DNA of 64,000 bases from Mustelus asterias. Its lineage: Eukaryota. The translations under genes and the position numbers were made by a program. Numbering within the stretch: position 1 is the first letter of the stretch; every line of letters starts with the position of its first letter. Positions 62,731-64,000 of the stretch are shown here, piece after piece. Below the pieces are notes generated by a model that searched no databases, was not told the origin of the DNA, and saw only the letters and a program-made list of their open reading frames with translations. The stretch is taken from NCBI RefSeq assembly GCF_964213995.1, contig NW_027590187.1, forward strand, positions 744,001-808,000, given 5' to 3'.

Positions 62731-64000
62731 TCCTGGGTTAGTTACACAGGCCACCATTACATTGAATAAAACAGCACAAGGAATTAAATTTAAACCCATC
62801 AGCATTCCGAAAGAGATTTCCTCTCCCTTTAGTGTAATACTTCCTCTTATCTAAAGTACAGCCTCAAAATGTATTCCTATCCTTATTTGTCCAATGACAT
62901 TTTGAATTTACTTTTCATTCTAATTGGCTTCGATTACAGGCATCATATTCAAGATCACAGCAATTTGCTGCCCAATAGAACGACAAATGTGTTCCCTGAC
63001 GGTTTTCTTTGTTCTTTTATATCATTCACAACGAACCCGTGCCATTGTTTCACAGAAACATTTTCTTTCAATTTACTCCATTGAAACTGATCACGATTTT
63101 ACTCACCTCTCTGAAAACTCCTCTCAACCTTAGTACTGACTTCAAACGGTATGAATGCAGGCAGTATGAATTTAGTTTCGAAGTTCTGTAATTACATAAC
63201 AAGTGAGCTGCTGCAGAGACAAACAGTTAATAGCAAATATTTCAGATCAACATCTGCCCATCAGAACTGGTTGAAGTTAGAAATGTAATACATTACAGGC
63301 AAATGGAGAGGAGAGGGGCTCATGTGAAAAAGAACGAAATGGAATATCTGTGACATGCACACATGCATTAAATAATAAGAATTAGTTACACAATGAAAGG
63401 GATAATCACCAGATACATAAAGTAAGAAAAATCTGAATGGAGGAGAGGTGCTCTGAACACCAGGAAAGACCCAGGACAGAATGATCCACGTGAGAGTGAG
63501 ATGCAGAATGAAAATGGCAGGTGACTAGAAACTGTTATCAGAAATTCAATCATCATTGTGAACTAATTGGAAATGTTCCAAGTGTGGGACATGGGAGCGA
63601 CACACTTGAGAACCCTGCCAGCCACAGAGCAGTGAGAGGATTGGTTGAGGAAAGGGAAGAAATATCAGAAGTTCCCGAATGGAAGGCCGCATTACCTTTC
63701 CTCACAGTTCAGTGTCTATATGCAGGAGAATTAGCTTTTGCAACATTATATTTTTTCTAAAATTTCACTGCTAATGATGTGCTCTGCATTGGTAGATTGA
63801 ATGACTGCTTTGTGGAACATCTCCCATCAGTCCAGAAGCATGACTCAGATCCAATCCTGAACGAGAATCCCAAACCTAAATAAAGTAAACTAGGAAGTTA
63901 TGAGAGGTGAGTTTGCTAAAATAGATTACAGATCAATAGATTCATAAAATGGCATAACGGTCGATAGGCAATGGCTAATATTTAATGTTTAATATTTAAG

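Noticed and set aside
63560-63850. Possible further Penelope endonuclease relic (..RLNDCFVEHL.SV..)
   Set aside because: It is too short and degenerate to set boundaries with confidence.

Overview
Eukaryotic, repeat-rich vertebrate DNA. The HE1-type SINEs, CR1 and Rex1 LINEs and Penelope elements point to a cartilaginous fish, most likely a shark. The window holds part of a replication-dependent histone cluster with 7 intact intronless genes (H2B-, H2B+, H2A+, H2A+, H3-, H4-, H1-), each with a 3' stem-loop. They sit among tRNA pseudogenes (2x Leu-TAA, 1x Gly-TCC), many CR1 LINE copies, two opposed Rex1/Babar LINEs, Penelope-like elements with minimal hammerhead motifs, tRNA-derived SINEs, two minisatellites and a CpG-rich promoter-like segment near 62.4 kb. 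By-eye alignment suggests three decaying copies of an H2B>H2A><H3<H4<H1 quintet, with a clean H3 deletion scar and an orphan H2B downstream element. All three copies retain a gene-less CCAAT/E2F module. The best novelty candidates are a tRNA-Leu + Rex1-tail composite with an apparent empty site (possible new SINE), a 13-unit minisatellite in which each unit looks like a complete 3' splice site, and TSD-flanked fold-back Penelope derivatives. All alignments were done by eye, and repeat boundaries are approximate to about 10-30 bp.
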